The position numbers and the translations under genes were made by a program. The notes beneath the pieces were generated by a model that was not told the origin of the DNA, did no database searches, and saw nothing but the letters and a program-made list of their open reading frames with translations. From contig CM059438.1 of the NCBI GenBank assembly GCA_030390025.1, positions 66,590,001 to 66,654,000 of the forward strand: DNA of 64,000 bases, in the 5' to 3' direction. Positions 1-12,710 of the stretch are shown one piece after another; positions within the stretch are counted from its first letter, which is position 1, and every line of letters begins with the position of its first letter. The stretch comes from Squalus acanthias (taxonomy: Eukaryota).

Positions 1-384
1 AGGGCATCTGTGCATGAAATTGGCATATTCATCTGCCAAAAAAAATAAAGAGAAATGGGTGACTGGGTTAATTATTGCATACAATAGGAGACATGAATAT
101 CGAATGGCTAGAGCTGTGTTGGTCGAATGCTCCTGAGAGAGACAGGAGTCCATCTACCTGTCTTCATTTGATATAAAAGCAAGTTCAGACCATCTTGTTT
201 CTGGCAGTTTGTTAGAAAAGCATTGAAATGTTGAGATATGCATGAATATGGTCAAGCCACATACAAGATCTGCAAAATGTCTTCTTTTAACAATTTTATC
301 TTTTAACAGAGCAGACCTTGTCCCTTATATTCCAGAACCTCTACCTCTTGAGTATTCTACCTTTTACAGTATAAATGTAGACTG

Positions 385-1140
385 CACCCCTCTACCTGAG
401 ACTGAACCAGGCTGTTTGCAACCTTGCTGTCCTATTTGACCCTGAGCTGAGCTTCCTACCCCATACCCTCTCCATCACAAAGACCGCCTAATTCCACCTC
501 CGTAACATCGCCCGTCTCCGCCCCTGCCTCAGCTCATTGCTGCTGAAACCCTCATCCATGCCTTTGTTACCTCTAGACTCGACTATTCCAAGGCTCTCCT
601 GGCTGGCCTCCCACCTTGCATCCTCCATAATCGTGAGCTCATCCAAAACTCGGCTGCCCGTGTCCTAACTCGCGCCAAGTCCCGCTCACCCATCACCCTT
701 GTGCTCGCTGACCTACATTGGCTCCCGGTCTGGCAAGCGCCTCGATTTTAAAATTCTCATCCTTGTTTTCAAATCCCTCCATGGCCTTTCCCCTCCCTAT
801 CTCTGTAACCTCCTCCAGCCCTACAACCTTCTGTGATCTCTGCGCTCCTCTAATTCTGGCCTCTTGCGCATCCCTGATTTTCTTCACTCCACCATTGGCG
901 GGCATGCATTCAGCTGCCTAGGCCCTAAACTCTTTCCAACCTAATCCTCTCCGCCTCTCTACCTCTCCTCCTTTAACATGCTCCTTAAAACCTACCACTT
1001 TGACCAAGCTTTTGGTCACCTGTCCTGATATCTCCTTATGTGGCTCGGTGTCACATTTTGTTGGATAATCGCTCCTGTGAAGCGCCTTGGGAGGTTTTAT
1101 TACATTAAATGCGCTCTCTAAGTGCAAGGTGCTGCTGTCG
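385..1140 (+). mobile_element. L2 LINE 3' fragment (RT C-terminus and 3' UTR)
   Basis: Encodes frameshifted FHLRNIARLRP..AETLIHAFVTSRLDYS..LHWLPV; ends in an L2-type tail (gtgaagcgccttgggagg..tacattaaatgcgct); a near-identical reverse copy lies at 39.1-39.8 kb. Confidence 0.9.
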
Positions 1141-1290
1141 TAAAGTGTCTCCAAGAGTTAATGATTATCCTACCTGAAGTACTTCGCTCACTTTATTAAG
1201 CATAGTCATGCTATGCTGCACACTTTATTCAAGTAGCTACAGATAATCTTTAAGACTAAAGCAGCTTACATTGTGCTATGAACCTTGCTT

Positions 1291-3278
1291 CAATAAGGAG
1301 TGTAGAAGAGCATGCCAGGAGCAGCACCAGGTGTACCTAAAAATGAGGTGCCAACCTGGGGAAGCTGTAACACAGGGCAACATGCATGTTAAACAGCGGA
1401 AGCAGCCTGCTATAGACAGAGCTAAATGATCCCACAATCAACAGGTCAGATCAAAGCTCTGCAGTCCTGCCACATCCAGTCATGAATGGGGGTGGACCAT
1501 TAAACAACTAACGGGAGGAGGAGGGACCATCAATATCCCCATCCTCAATGATGGCGGAGCCCAGCACGTGAGTGCAAAAGACAAGGTTGAAGCGTTTGCA
1601 ACCATCTTCAGACATGCTGAGTGGATGATCCATATAGGCCTCCTCCTGAGGTCCTCACTATCACAGAAGCCAGTCTTCAGCCAATTTGATTCAGTCCACG
1701 TGATATCAAGAAACGGCTGAGCGCACTGGATACAGCAAAGGCTATGGGCCCTGACAACATCCCGGCTGTCGTGCTGAAGACTCATGCTCCAGAACAAGCC
1801 GCACCTCTAACCAAGCTGTTCCAGTCCAGCTACAACACTGGCATCTACCCAACAATGTGGAAAACTGCCCAGGTATGTCCTGTCCACAAAAAGGACAAAT
1901 CCAATCTGGCCAATTAACCCCCCCATCAGTCTACTCTCAATCATCAGCAAAGTGATGGAAGGTGTTGTCGACAGTGCTATCAAGCGGCACTTACTCACCA
2001 ATAACCTGCTCACTGATGCCTAGTTTGGGTTCCACCAGGAACACTCGGCTCCAGACATCATTACAACCTTGATCCAAACATGGACAAAAGAACTGAATTC
2101 CAGAGGTGAGGTGAGAGTGACTGCCCTTGACATCAAGGCAGCATTTGACCGAGTGTGGCATCAAGGAGCCCTAGTAAAATTAAAGTCAATGGGAATCAGG
2201 AGGAAAACCCTCCACTGGCTGGCATACCTAGCACAAAGGAAGATGGTTATGGTTGTTAGAGGTCAATTATCTCAGCCGCAGAACATTGCTGCAGGAGTTC
2301 CTCAAGGCAGTGTCCTAGGCCCAACCATTTTCAGCTGCTTCATCAATGACCTTCCATCATAAGGTCAGAAGTGGGGATGTTCGCTGATGACTGCACAGTG
2401 TTCAGTTCCATTTGCAGCTCCTCAATAATGAAGCAGTCCATGCCCGAATGCAGCAAGAACTGGATGACATTCAGGCTTGGTCTGATAAGTGGCAAGTAAT
2501 ATTCACGCCACACAAGTGCCAGGCAATGACTATCTCCAACAAGCGAGAGTCTAACCACCACCCCTTGACATTCAACAGCATTACCATCGCTGAATCTCCC
2601 ACCATCAACATCATTGGGGGTTCACCATTGAACAGAAACTTAACTGGACCACCCACATAAATACTGTGGCTACAAGAGCAGGTCAGAGGCTGGGTATTCT
2701 GCGGCGAGTGTCTCACCTCTGACTCCCCAAAGCCTTTCCACCATCTACAAGGCACAATTCAGGAGTGTGATGGAATACTCTCCATCTGCCTGGATGAGTG
2801 CAACTCCAACAACACTCAAGAAGCTCGACACCACCCAGGACAAAGCAGCCCACTTGATTGGCACCCCATCCACCACCTTAAACATTCACTCCCTGCACCA
2901 TCAGCGTACCGAGGCTGCAGAGTGTACCATCTACAAGGTGCACTGCAGCAACTCGCGAAGGCTTCTTCGGCAGCACCTCCCAAACCCAAGACCTCTACCA
3001 CCTAGAAGGACAAGGGCAGCAGGTGCATTGGAACATCATCACCTGCAAGTTCCCCTCCAAGTCACACACCACGCTGACTTGGAAATATATCGCCGTCATC
3101 GTCGCTGGGTCAAAATCCTAGAACTCCCTCCAAAACGGCAATGTGGGAGTACCTTCACTGTAAGGACTGCAGCGGTTCAAGAAGGCGGCTCACCACCACC
3201 TTCTCAAGGGCACTTAGGGATGGGCATTAAATGCTGGCCTTGCCAGTGATGCCAACATCCCAGGAATGAATTAAAAAA
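1291..3278 (+). mobile_element. 5'-truncated CR1-group (Jockey-group) non-LTR retrotransposon; decayed reverse transcriptase
   Basis: KAMGPDNIP, ALDIKAAFDRVWH, GVPQGSVLGP and FADD motifs with stops and frameshifts; A-rich 3' end at about 3270; paralog at 23951-25735. Confidence 0.92.
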
Positions 3279-3334
3279 GCACAAAGGAATTGGACAAATA
3301 CTACTGAACACAACGGGTCTGATAATAAAATCCA

Positions 3335-4783
3335 TGCCTATCTTCTGCCTCGGGCACCACGGAGACTCGCGCTCCTGGGCCTCTACACATAGAGGTGCAT
3401 AGAGGCCCACGTATCTTGGGCTACATGCGGTTCGCAAGCGCCCCTGGGATCACGTGGGCCGGTCCAACCAATGAACGAAGGGGGATCCCCATTCATGAAT
3501 ATGGGGATTCCGGAAACCCCATAAGCATGAATGGGGATCACAAAAAAAATACATTTACATAGCAAATACATTTTTAAAAATTACATATTTAAAAATAATT
3601 AAAATACAGTATAATTAAACATTTAAAACAAAAATTTAATTTTTTGATAAATTAAATATAAACATTTTAAAGGTACTAAAAATAACCTTAGCTTATTTTA
3701 CAGGTGTTTTAATGTTTAAATAATTGAAAAAAATTTATTTTTATATTCATTTAAACTCTTAGGGGTAAAAATTGAGTCGCGCCCCATTTGGGGCGCTAAC
3801 CTCGCCGGGGCGCTACTTTTAGCGCCCCGAAAAAATTCGCGGCCCCGCGCCGGAACTTCAGTGGTTGCGCCCCAAGAGGGAAGCGGGGCGCCACTGGAAG
3901 CACCCCGCATCCCTCTTGGGGCGCTGCGAGGGAATATCCTGGCGCTACGGCGCTGCGGCACGTCGCGCCACGGTATTGCAGGCCTTCCTCCCCTTCTTAA
4001 AGGGGAGGGACCCTGCGCAGCGCGAACCGGGGCCCAGCTGGGCCCCCAGGGATCGGGAGTGCCGGCAAAAGAGCCCGGCACTCAAGAGAAGTGCCGGGCT
4101 CTTGGAGCGCAGCCGGCACTTCACGGTGGGGGGGCTTCACGGGGGCCGGGGACAGCAACGGGGGCAGGTGCTGGCAGGCGGCCAGCAACAAAAATGGCCG
4201 CCTGCCACCTCCCCTTTAAATATCGCCGCCCCGGCCGCACGTACGCCTCCCTGAACCCGTCGGACATAGCGTCTGGCGGTAAATCAGGGGGCGCAACTGA
4301 AGATCGCGGCTGGAGCACGAGCGGGGTGCTGCGCACGGCGATGACGTCATCGCTGGCGGCGCAGCGCCACAGGGCGCTACCGGCTGGCGCCGCCGCTAAC
4401 CTCCCGCTGAATTTTTCGGGAGGCGTGGGCGGCGCTGCGCCCGGGCGTTAGCTGCTTTACGCCCCATTAGCGCCCTCTTAAGGCGCTAACGGGAGGCGCA
4501 AGCAGCTGAATTTTTCCCCCTTACACTGGTAAAAGCAGGCCTTACGTCTGCTTTTACCAAGCGTAAGAATTTCACAGGCATTCGCTGGGCAGAGTTTGGA
4601 CAAATAGCTCAACTCTCCGCCCGCGGATGCCCTTTCCCGGGGATGGCTACGATCTGTCAAGAAGATTCTTGGCAGATCGCACGTTCTGGGTTTTCTCACA
4701 TGCGCTTCGCGTGTGAAAACCCGGAACTTGCAGGTCCCCTAAGGGGCACTTACTCACCCGTAGGCCCCGGAAATTCCGGGCCA
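3335..4783. mobile_element. Outer Harbinger-like non-autonomous DNA element fragment (interrupted by the MITE at 3762-4520)
   Basis: GC-rich arms around an AT-rich core; right end ggaaattccgggcc resembles the Harbinger-type termini elsewhere in the window; left end not found. Confidence 0.5.
3762..4520. mobile_element. PIF/Harbinger MITE (family A)
   Basis: TIR ggggtaaaaatt / aatttttccccc; exact 3-bp TSD TTA (3759-3761, 4521-4523); CpG-rich; homologous to 30393 and 48291. Confidence 0.85.
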
Positions 4784-6299
4784 ATATCAAACAAAAGTAC
4801 AATGAGCAAAGACTGTAATGGGAAAATTACCCGGTTTACTAATTTCAACTCGAAGAATCGGTCTCTGCTTTGCCAACAGCTTCCTCATTCCAGGCAAGGT
4901 GAATTTCATCTTGTGGCTGATTGGAATTGAAATGGGATGCGTGTATTATTAGCCTCATGTAACGGAGCTGGAAAGCCGTCTTTGATCGTTTAACTTTTTG
5001 AAATGCTTGGTACAGTAAAGGTCAATTGGATGACCACATTTTCAATAAGGAAAAATAGAACCAAAATATTACTTTAAAGTAATAATTGGAAAAAATTAAA
5101 ACGTCCATTCGCAAAGGTAAAAAGAAAGGCTCCTGTGTAGATAAATTGCATAGAGATGAATGAAATGATAGTGACACTTGAAAGTATTGGTGGTTAAAGG
5201 GACCACTGGATGGGGTACTAAAGAATCCAGATCAGGAAGACATCATGTTCAAGTTAACTGATCTCAGAGGCTGAAGTAGGTCATCCTGCTCTTATGGGAA
5301 ACATCTGCTACTTGACAGGGTTATGGCTGACTTAGTTGAAACACTCTCAAAAGGAAATGGATTTTTAAATTGATCAAGAAGTAGTGAGATTCAAGCTCTG
5401 CAACAAAAAAAAAGGGTTATTTAAAAAAAATAGTTTGTTGAAGCCTTCTGCATGATTGCAAAGATGTGATGGGCTGAAGAGCTCTTCCTGCAACTTTTTC
5501 GTTCTTATATGGGTCGCAGGGACTATGGGGAATATAAAAAGTTTAAAATAAGAGTGAAATATGTAATATTCCAGTCAATTTTTGACCTCTGGACAGTAGA
5601 ATTGAATGATCGATGATGTGAACTTCAAAACAACACAATTGTCAGTTAATTTTCTGTTGTAAAGATTTATTGGACAGAGTAACTGGTAAAATAATGTCAT
5701 GTTTATGCCTTCCAGCATCTGCCATTTTCACAATTATTTCTCTTTTCCCGGAGACGCATGTTTTTCTAAAGAACAAACTGGTGCAGCGCATTTGGCAATT
5801 CAAGAATAGTGAAGGATGAGAAAAGGCCACTCGGCCCTCAGTAATTCATCCCTCTGGTGTTTCACTTCTCCCAGCGTCGCACTGAACTACATTTTGAACA
5901 CTTCTCAAATCTGGATCTCTATTATCCTGTCTCGAAGATTATTCCAGATATTTGACACCAAAGCTACTGGTTTTTGTTTTTTATGGGGGAAACAGGTGGA
6001 TTTGTGGAATGCGATCCTGAAATTATTAGTAAAATCACAGAATTCTATTAAATAGAAACAGTACTTAACTTAATCAGTCATGATATACCAGTGACTCAGA
6101 TTTTATAGAGCAGACCCTTTGTTAAATTGAAGACCACAGATTTTACAATTTTAAGGGGAAAAAAGGAATAATTCAACCCTCAAGACGCTGGATAAAATTC
6201 TGAAATGCCATGGAATAAAGGCTGAATTTGACCTATTTGGTCAACTTGAACCAGAGGCTCAAATTTTAGCTGTTGTATAAAGCAGTTCCTTCTGCTAAC

Positions 6300-8100
6300 T
6301 GATTAAAGTTTAGTTTTCACTAGATTATACCCATGACCTCTGGTCCTGCTAACCTGCCTTATTTTAAATTTCTTATGAGAATCTATCTTATCTGAGGCAT
6401 TTAATAATACTTCAGTGAGGCCACCCTTTTACTGTTTTCTCTGCACAACATTGAGATTGAATGTTTTTAACCTTACTTTCTAGCTCATCCCCCTTTACAG
6501 TTGGAATCATTCTTGTTGCCCTCTCTCTTGTCCCTTCAAGGCTTGTAACATGGTGGTGAGAACTGGGCCTAATATGTCAATTTTAGTTCGACAGTGCACT
6601 ATATAACCTCAGCGGACTTGTATTTCATTCCTCTGGCTCTATATCCCAGCATTTTATTAGCTTTGCTAATTGTTACATTTGAAAGGATATTTACTAGTCC
6701 TAGCCCCTTTGGGGCTATCCCAGATCAGGCGTGTTTCTCAGATGTTCACTTTCAACTAAAGGTTGAGGTAGCTGAATCCTAAAGACGCTTAATTGGGTCT
6801 AAAGGTCTGGGCTATCTCTCCCTAAAGGAAAGGAACAACCTGAAAATGTTACCATCCTCCAGATAGCGCTTTTAATAAGTTTAGCCAGACTGTAACGTCC
6901 CAGATATTATGAGGGTCCGGAGAACTCCTTCAGAATTCTGTAACTCTTCACCAAAGAGTGTACAGAGATTGAGTTCGTGAGTTATTGATACAGAAGACTT
7001 ATGTGAGACAATTCTAAAAATATATAGGGATTTATTAAAAGAACCAACATGCAATTTACAATTGGTGAATCAGTCAATCGCAACACTAACAGTTCTAAAA
7101 ATAGAAAAATACTATCTTATTATTAACAGAGAATCTTACTTTTAAATCTTAACTTCGCTACAGTATTACAGTTCTTAAAGTTTTCTATACAGGATATCCA
7201 TCAATATCAAATACCTTTGATCCCTGAGGTACAAAGAGTTGGAGACCACAGAGCCGCCTCTGAAGCCGAGAATCGCCTTGCCCGATTAAAGCGACTCTGC
7301 TATCTCATTTGAAACTTCAATATTTATACCCTTTTCAGCTGTATTTCCTTTAAGATTTTCTACTGATGCAAATTAATTGTCCCTATTCATCTTTCTGCCG
7401 ACCTCTGCAATTCTTACTGCCACATCAGCTTGTAATATTCCAGAATCTTGTCTCATCTCCAGGTGTTCTGGGTTGACCATATAAAATGGTGTAAAGGGCG
7501 GCTGTCCCTTATTTTATGTCATCTTTACGAGGGCAGATGTTCCTTATCTTATGTGCCATCTTTATTAAGTTTAAATTTAAACACCTTAATCCAGTATGGA
7601 CCATTGATTTGTTCCCAAAAGGTCAGCCTGTCAGAGCCATGCACCTTCTGCTTCAATAAGGTTATTTATTCAGGGTCAACAACTGTCTTATCTCAATAGC
7701 CAGAATTCTTTCATAGCTATTTCATAGTTAGGTTTCTAAATTTCCAAACCCAGTTTGTCATGTTTTAATAAGGTCTGAATTCTTTCATAAGATAGTGTAT
7801 TTTTCTAAATAGGTTATATGGCTTATTCCTTCACACATTGTCTGGACATTCACAGCGATAAATTCACTACTACTCCCAGGTTACTTTTTGTGTCACCCTA
7901 TGCTAACATTTTACACTTATGTTGTACATTATCTCATCCAATGTGCAATGTCATGCATTTGTCAGTATTACATCTCATTTTCCATTTCCACGTATAATGC
8001 AGACCCTTCCAAAAATCCGTAGCAATGTTTCTTGTTTCTATAGCGCTCTCTATTTTAGCATCAGCTGCACATTTGGTAATCTTGCATTTGGGTCCAGCTA
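6300..8100 (-). mobile_element. Old decayed CR1 RT fragment split by an insertion at about 6671-7834
   Basis: Reverse-strand CR1-like segments on both sides of the insertion (e.g. ttttagcatcagctgcacattt resembles reverse KFADDTK). Confidence 0.55.
6671..7834 (-). mobile_element. Putative solo LTR
   Basis: TG...CA bounded insert in a CR1 relic (tgttaca at 6671 or tgtaacg at 6891, ending tcaca); minus-strand TATAAATA (7321-7328) upstream of AATAAA (about 7031); no TSD found. Confidence 0.4.
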
Positions 8101-10285
8101 ATTTATGCATTTATTTAACAACAGTTAAACCCTAAGGACCAATACCTTATATCGAGCATTATCTTTGTAGGAAGGCATTGCAATTACAACTTGCACTGTG
8201 ATCCATGACATCGCTGCAATGATGTACCACAGCAATTATTGATTTGTAGGCAATCTGGTCAAGGTCAGTTTAAAACCTCCCTGAAAAAATCCAAACCCTG
8301 CTGTTGCTGTTTCTATGCTTACAGATTGTTGGAAGGGACATTTCTGCGGCTTGGTTTTGAACTACTGCATAGACTTCATTTGTTTTACCATGTTACATTG
8401 GAAACTGATAGCTGATTGTGCTAGTGGTGTACTGCAGACTGTCTGGATAAAGCACTACCATTTGCTTCTCTAATGAGGATACTGCCTTGTTATAGGTTAC
8501 AGCTATAGATCTGACAGATAGAGATCTGGGAAGTTCTCACTTACATTAAAGGTGATTTGCCTTTTACTGTAAAGGTGAAAAGGGCACTGATAATGATTCA
8601 GGCTAAGCCAAAAGTTACAGAACATCATGTTGCATCATCATCTTCCCGTTGACTCCTCAGACTTGCCCGTTGAGATCTGCCGTACAGTATTTCTCCCAAG
8701 TTTATAAATAGCGAAACGGTACATTGTACTTGTCATATTTGTCACGTCTACAGTATTTCAGTTATTTTTGAATTCGTATAATCTGAATAATCCTTTGTGA
8801 CATTAGCACTCTTTGAAGTTAAATGTTTGTGACACTTTGTGATCAAAATCACACTGTACTTTCACTGAGAATGTTTTATTGACAGTGGAACTGACAAAAA
8901 TCACTCTTTATTCAAGTACCCAAAGGGTACCTTGCTTTTTACTGAGGAACCAAGGTGAAGGGCCAAGGACATCATAACAGTTGAAAAGAGTAAAAGAGAA
9001 TGCACAATACATTGAGATAGTGACTAGGCAGCAGCGAGCTTGAGTTTTAAAAGTCTAAAATTTAGGATGAAGGGAAGACTGATGGACATAAGGTGTGCCA
9101 CCATTTTGAGATCTTGACGTGTTAGCAATGGAAACAGCAAGATGAGTTCTAATTTCAACACCGTCATGATGCACTGAGCAGGATGGCTTCTTTGAAGCTA
9201 AGGAGCAACTAGAAATGTGTCTTGACAGTTTCTTCCTTTCAATTTCTAAACAAAAGCAGAAGCTGAATTGGGCTAGAGTGGGCAATTAAACAATTTCAAA
9301 AGGTACCGTTGAATAGGCCTCAGAAAACATCTTGCAAGATGGAAGAATTGTGGAACAGATTCTCAACGTGATACTTCTGATGTCTGACCTAATTTGTTGC
9401 TTCTTTATTAATCAAATACGCTGGGCGAGAAATTCATATACTAACCGCCACCTGTTAGCGCCAGCAATTCTCGAGAAAATGCCGGCCACCGCTCTTGAGC
9501 CAGCTGAAGGCGGTCTCCACGGCATCCGCCATATTCGTGGGCCCCTTTGCGCTGCCGTCTGTAAAAAATAATGGCGGCGTGGAGACATCAGCCGGTCTGC
9601 AATACTGACTTAACGTCACCTACGCGAACTTCGACCCTAGCGCTCAATTCAGCGCTGGGTCCTAAGCACGCTCGGTTAACCTGGCGTGCAAGCAGGCTGA
9701 CAGACGCTGACAGGGGAGATATCTGCAGCTGTTAAAGGGGCACACACATCAATCAGGTAAGTTTGAATGGAAGGGTTTGGCCTTGGTTTTTTGAACTTTA
9801 TTGAAGTGGTGGCTTGCTGCAATAGATGTGAAAATGTTTTAAAAGTGTTTTGGGAGTGCTGCTGGATGCTTGCAAGGGCTCGGATGGTAAGTGAATGCTT
9901 CTGAGAAGACAGAATATGCTGCGAATACTCAGCAGGTCATGCAACATCCGTGGAGTTCATGTCTCAGGTCAACAGCTGCCTGACCAACTGAGTATTTGAA
10001 GCATCTTATGCTGTCATTTCACATTTACAGCGTCCGCTTGCAGAGGGAAGAGGAAGACGCAGACGAGGAGGAATCAGACGGAAGGATGCATCCCAGACAG
10101 CACTTTTGTGGCCGGGATATCCGGGATGGAATCATCCGCCTGCGGTCCCACTGGCTGGGCAGGCTGCCTCTTCTTGTTGACCCACTGGCTGCATTTATTG
10201 GGTGTGTGAAATGAGGAAGACACAAAGGTGCAGTTGGGAGGGCTGGAAACCTAGAGTTGCATGCCAGAAGGGGGATAAAATATGA

Positions 10286-10752
10286 AAGAAAGAAAGACTT
10301 ACATTTATATAGCACCTTTCATGACCACCGGACGTCTCAAAGCGCTTTACAGCCAATGAAGTACTTTTATGGAGTGTAGTCACTGTTGTAATGTGGGAAA
10401 CGCAGCAGCCAATTTGCGCACAGCAAGCTCCCACAAACAGCAATGTGATAATGATCAGATAATCTGTTTTTGTTATGTTGATTGAGGGATAAATATTGGC
10501 CAGGACACTGGGGATAACTCCCCTGCACTTCTTCGAAATAGTACCATGGGATCTTTTACATCCACCTGAGAGAGCAGACAGGGCCTCGGTTTTTTATCTC
10601 ATCCGAAAGACAGCAACTCCGACAGTGCAGCACTCCCTCAGCACTGCACTGGAGTGTCAGCCTAGCTTTATGTGCTCAAGTCCCTGGCGTGGGACTTGAA
10701 CCCACAACCTTCTGACTCAGAGGCAATTGTGCTACCAACTGAGCCACAGTTG
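10286..10752 (-). mobile_element. tRNA-derived Deu-domain SINE (SacSINE1-like) with L2-type tail
   Basis: A box gtggctcagttgg, B box ggttcaagtcc, central gcttgctgtgcgcaaattggctgc, tail aaaggtgctatataaatgtaagtctttc; nested in the Harbinger element. Confidence 0.85.
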
Positions 10753-11001
10753 ACGCAATGAGGATGCCCGCATCTTGTATCCTTTCAGCTTCGCCGCTGG
10801 CCAAGGGCTCAGCCATGCCCCTGCCAAGAATGGCCTGCACTGTCTCCTCCAAGGGGGTGAGGTGATGCTAGGAATGGTAGTTGTGCTTTGTTATTGGTGC
10901 AGATTATTGGTAGGTGAGTGATTGGGGGTCCTGCATTGAGCCTTGTGTGAGGCTAGTGGTACAGTTGGTAGGTGATGGTTTTTGAAGATGCATTCACTGA
11001 C

Positions 11002-11230
11002 CTTGACCAGTGGTCTGAGGTCATGAAGCTTCTTTGGGCACTGGAGCCAGGTGGTGGGGACGACACTGCTGGCAGTGACGGCCTTGGTGATGTGGTCCCA
11101 CATCGTTCTTTCTGGAGGGCCTCCTGGCTCCTGTGGGTAGAGGGCCAGTCTTGCAGTGTTGACCCTCTGCACAAAGCCGGAGTACTGTGTGCGAGACCCT
11201 GGGTGCCCCTCTCCTGGCTTGCTGAGCCAT
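11002..11230 (-). pseudogene. Harbinger Myb/SANT-like DNA-binding protein exon 1 (frameshifted)
   Basis: MAQQARRGAPR../..LYPQ..MWDHITKAVTASSVVPTTWLQCPKKLHDL, then donor AAG|GTCAGT; matches the W..IA..V...RT..QCRKKFNDL trihelix pattern. Confidence 0.75.
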
Positions 11231-11789
11231 TTGAGGTTGTGCTGAGGCAGTTTTCCCATTTGTTCAGTTTAGGAATGTAATTCAGCTTTAAGAGCTGAAT
11301 ATTGACATTTGGAACTTCTTTTAAATATTGAATATTTATTAAAAGACAGAAAGGGCTGAAAATGTATTGAATCAGTGCATTTTATTGTCCCTTGCTTCAA
11401 TGTGCATGGCCCCTTTAAATTTCAGAGCTCCTCACTACCCACAATGCATTTGAGAGTTTCACAGCCTCGCGCACAGATGCTCAGGGAAGCAGCAACGCCA
11501 CACCAGGACTACAAATTGGTCCCGGATCCCTCGTGCAATGCCACCAGAACGGCGTTGTGCCTAAGGTTAGCGCTGCGCCACCTACCTCCATGTCCCCCCA
11601 CACCAATTTAGGTCGGTTAGCGCTGAGGCCATTTCGGGCGGCCGTTAACGGCAGTTGGCGGTGACACTGACTGCTTTGCTGGTGATCGCCAATTTTTCCC
11701 CCACTTAGTCTTAGATTGATTGAAATGATATTTATATTCTTCGCAGCAGCAATTTAAACCAAATGCTGGGGGTTGTGGAGAAGCTCCCT

Positions 11790-12070
11790 TAATGCTTCTG
11801 TTAGTTAAGGAGTGGAGTGGCTGAGTCACTAAGACCAGGAAGATGAAAGGTTCAATCCCTGGTCTGTGCTGAGTTAGCTGATCTCTCGGTACAGTGATAG
11901 GAGTGGAGGACGTTGACCAGGACTCCTGTTCTTTATTGCTATCCATCATTCAGTGCTGGAGGTCTAAGTGCGAAAAACCTAGCTCTGGAATAGCCTGCAA
12001 ACTCTCATTGCCACGATTCACACATGAAGAATGGCCACTTGATCAAGGTACTGGTGAACAGACTGCCCAT
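11790..12070 (+). mobile_element. Old SINE-like repeat (family B, unnamed)
   Basis: gaccaggaa..ggttcaatccctggtctgtgctgagttagctgatctc; diverged copies at 15.7-16.0, 37.1, 41.0, 55.7 and 56.3 kb. Confidence 0.55.
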
Positions 12071-12562
12071 GTATCTCATACTAAAGCAAGCAGTGTAATA
12101 CCTTCACAGAGGGTGGGCGGAGGAAAGAATTTGGAGTAAAAATACTGGAAGATGGAAATTCTTAAGGGAGAAAAACATAGAACAAATGTTATCCTTAACA
12201 ATAGACCAGCACTGGGCTTTGCTTTTTTGCAGCTTTGTTTCTGTTTGGATCTGAGGTGCAGACAAGAGGAACTTGCACACTGGTGATTTGCCACATCATG
12301 AAGTTTTAAAACGAAAACCATGCTTTTTAATATTTTTATTAGTTTTAACTTGTCCTTGTCTTCAGGTCTACTCCTTTATACCTTTCTTGCTGACAGTCCT
12401 GGCACAGGGCTTGCCCCCAAACTTCTGCTAATGCCCCCTACTGCCAGCTAACAGGAGGGGTTGGAGGCCACCTTGGACTCTTTGATGTTTTCTTTCTTAG
12501 TCCACCCTTTCCCCCTCTTCTACACTGGTTTCTGTCAGGCGGGTGGGTCTCAAATCGAGGAC

Positions 12563-12710
12563 ATAATAGAAACATAGAAAAAAAGGAGCAGGAGTAGGCC
12601 ATTCGGCCCTTCGAGCCTGCTCCGCCATTCAATATGATCATGGCTGATCCTCTATCTCAATACCATATACCCACTCTCTCCCCATACCCTTTGACGCCTT
12701 TTGTGTCTAG
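12563..12710 (-). mobile_element. CR1/HER1-type LINE 3' tail
   Basis: Reverse of ggctcgaagggccgaatggcctactcctgctcc..tctatgtttctat. Confidence 0.8.

Larger units (their letters stand above)
9423..11702. mobile_element. Internally deleted PIF/Harbinger transposon (transposase tail on +, Myb/SANT gene on -)
   Basis: Termini ggcgagaaatt / aatttttcccc; acidic transposase-type C-terminus EEEDADEEESD..GRDIRDGIIRL (10040-10150); Myb remnant at 11002-11230; colinear with 44372-47259. Confidence 0.8.

Noticed and set aside
3861..4451. GC-rich 100-200 aa ORFs as host genes or CpG-island promoters (also at 30.5, 48.2-48.9 and 50.7 kb)
   Set aside because: All lie within TIR-bounded MITEs (TSDs seen for all but the 50.7-kb copy). 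High GC suppresses stop codons and the frames differ between copies.
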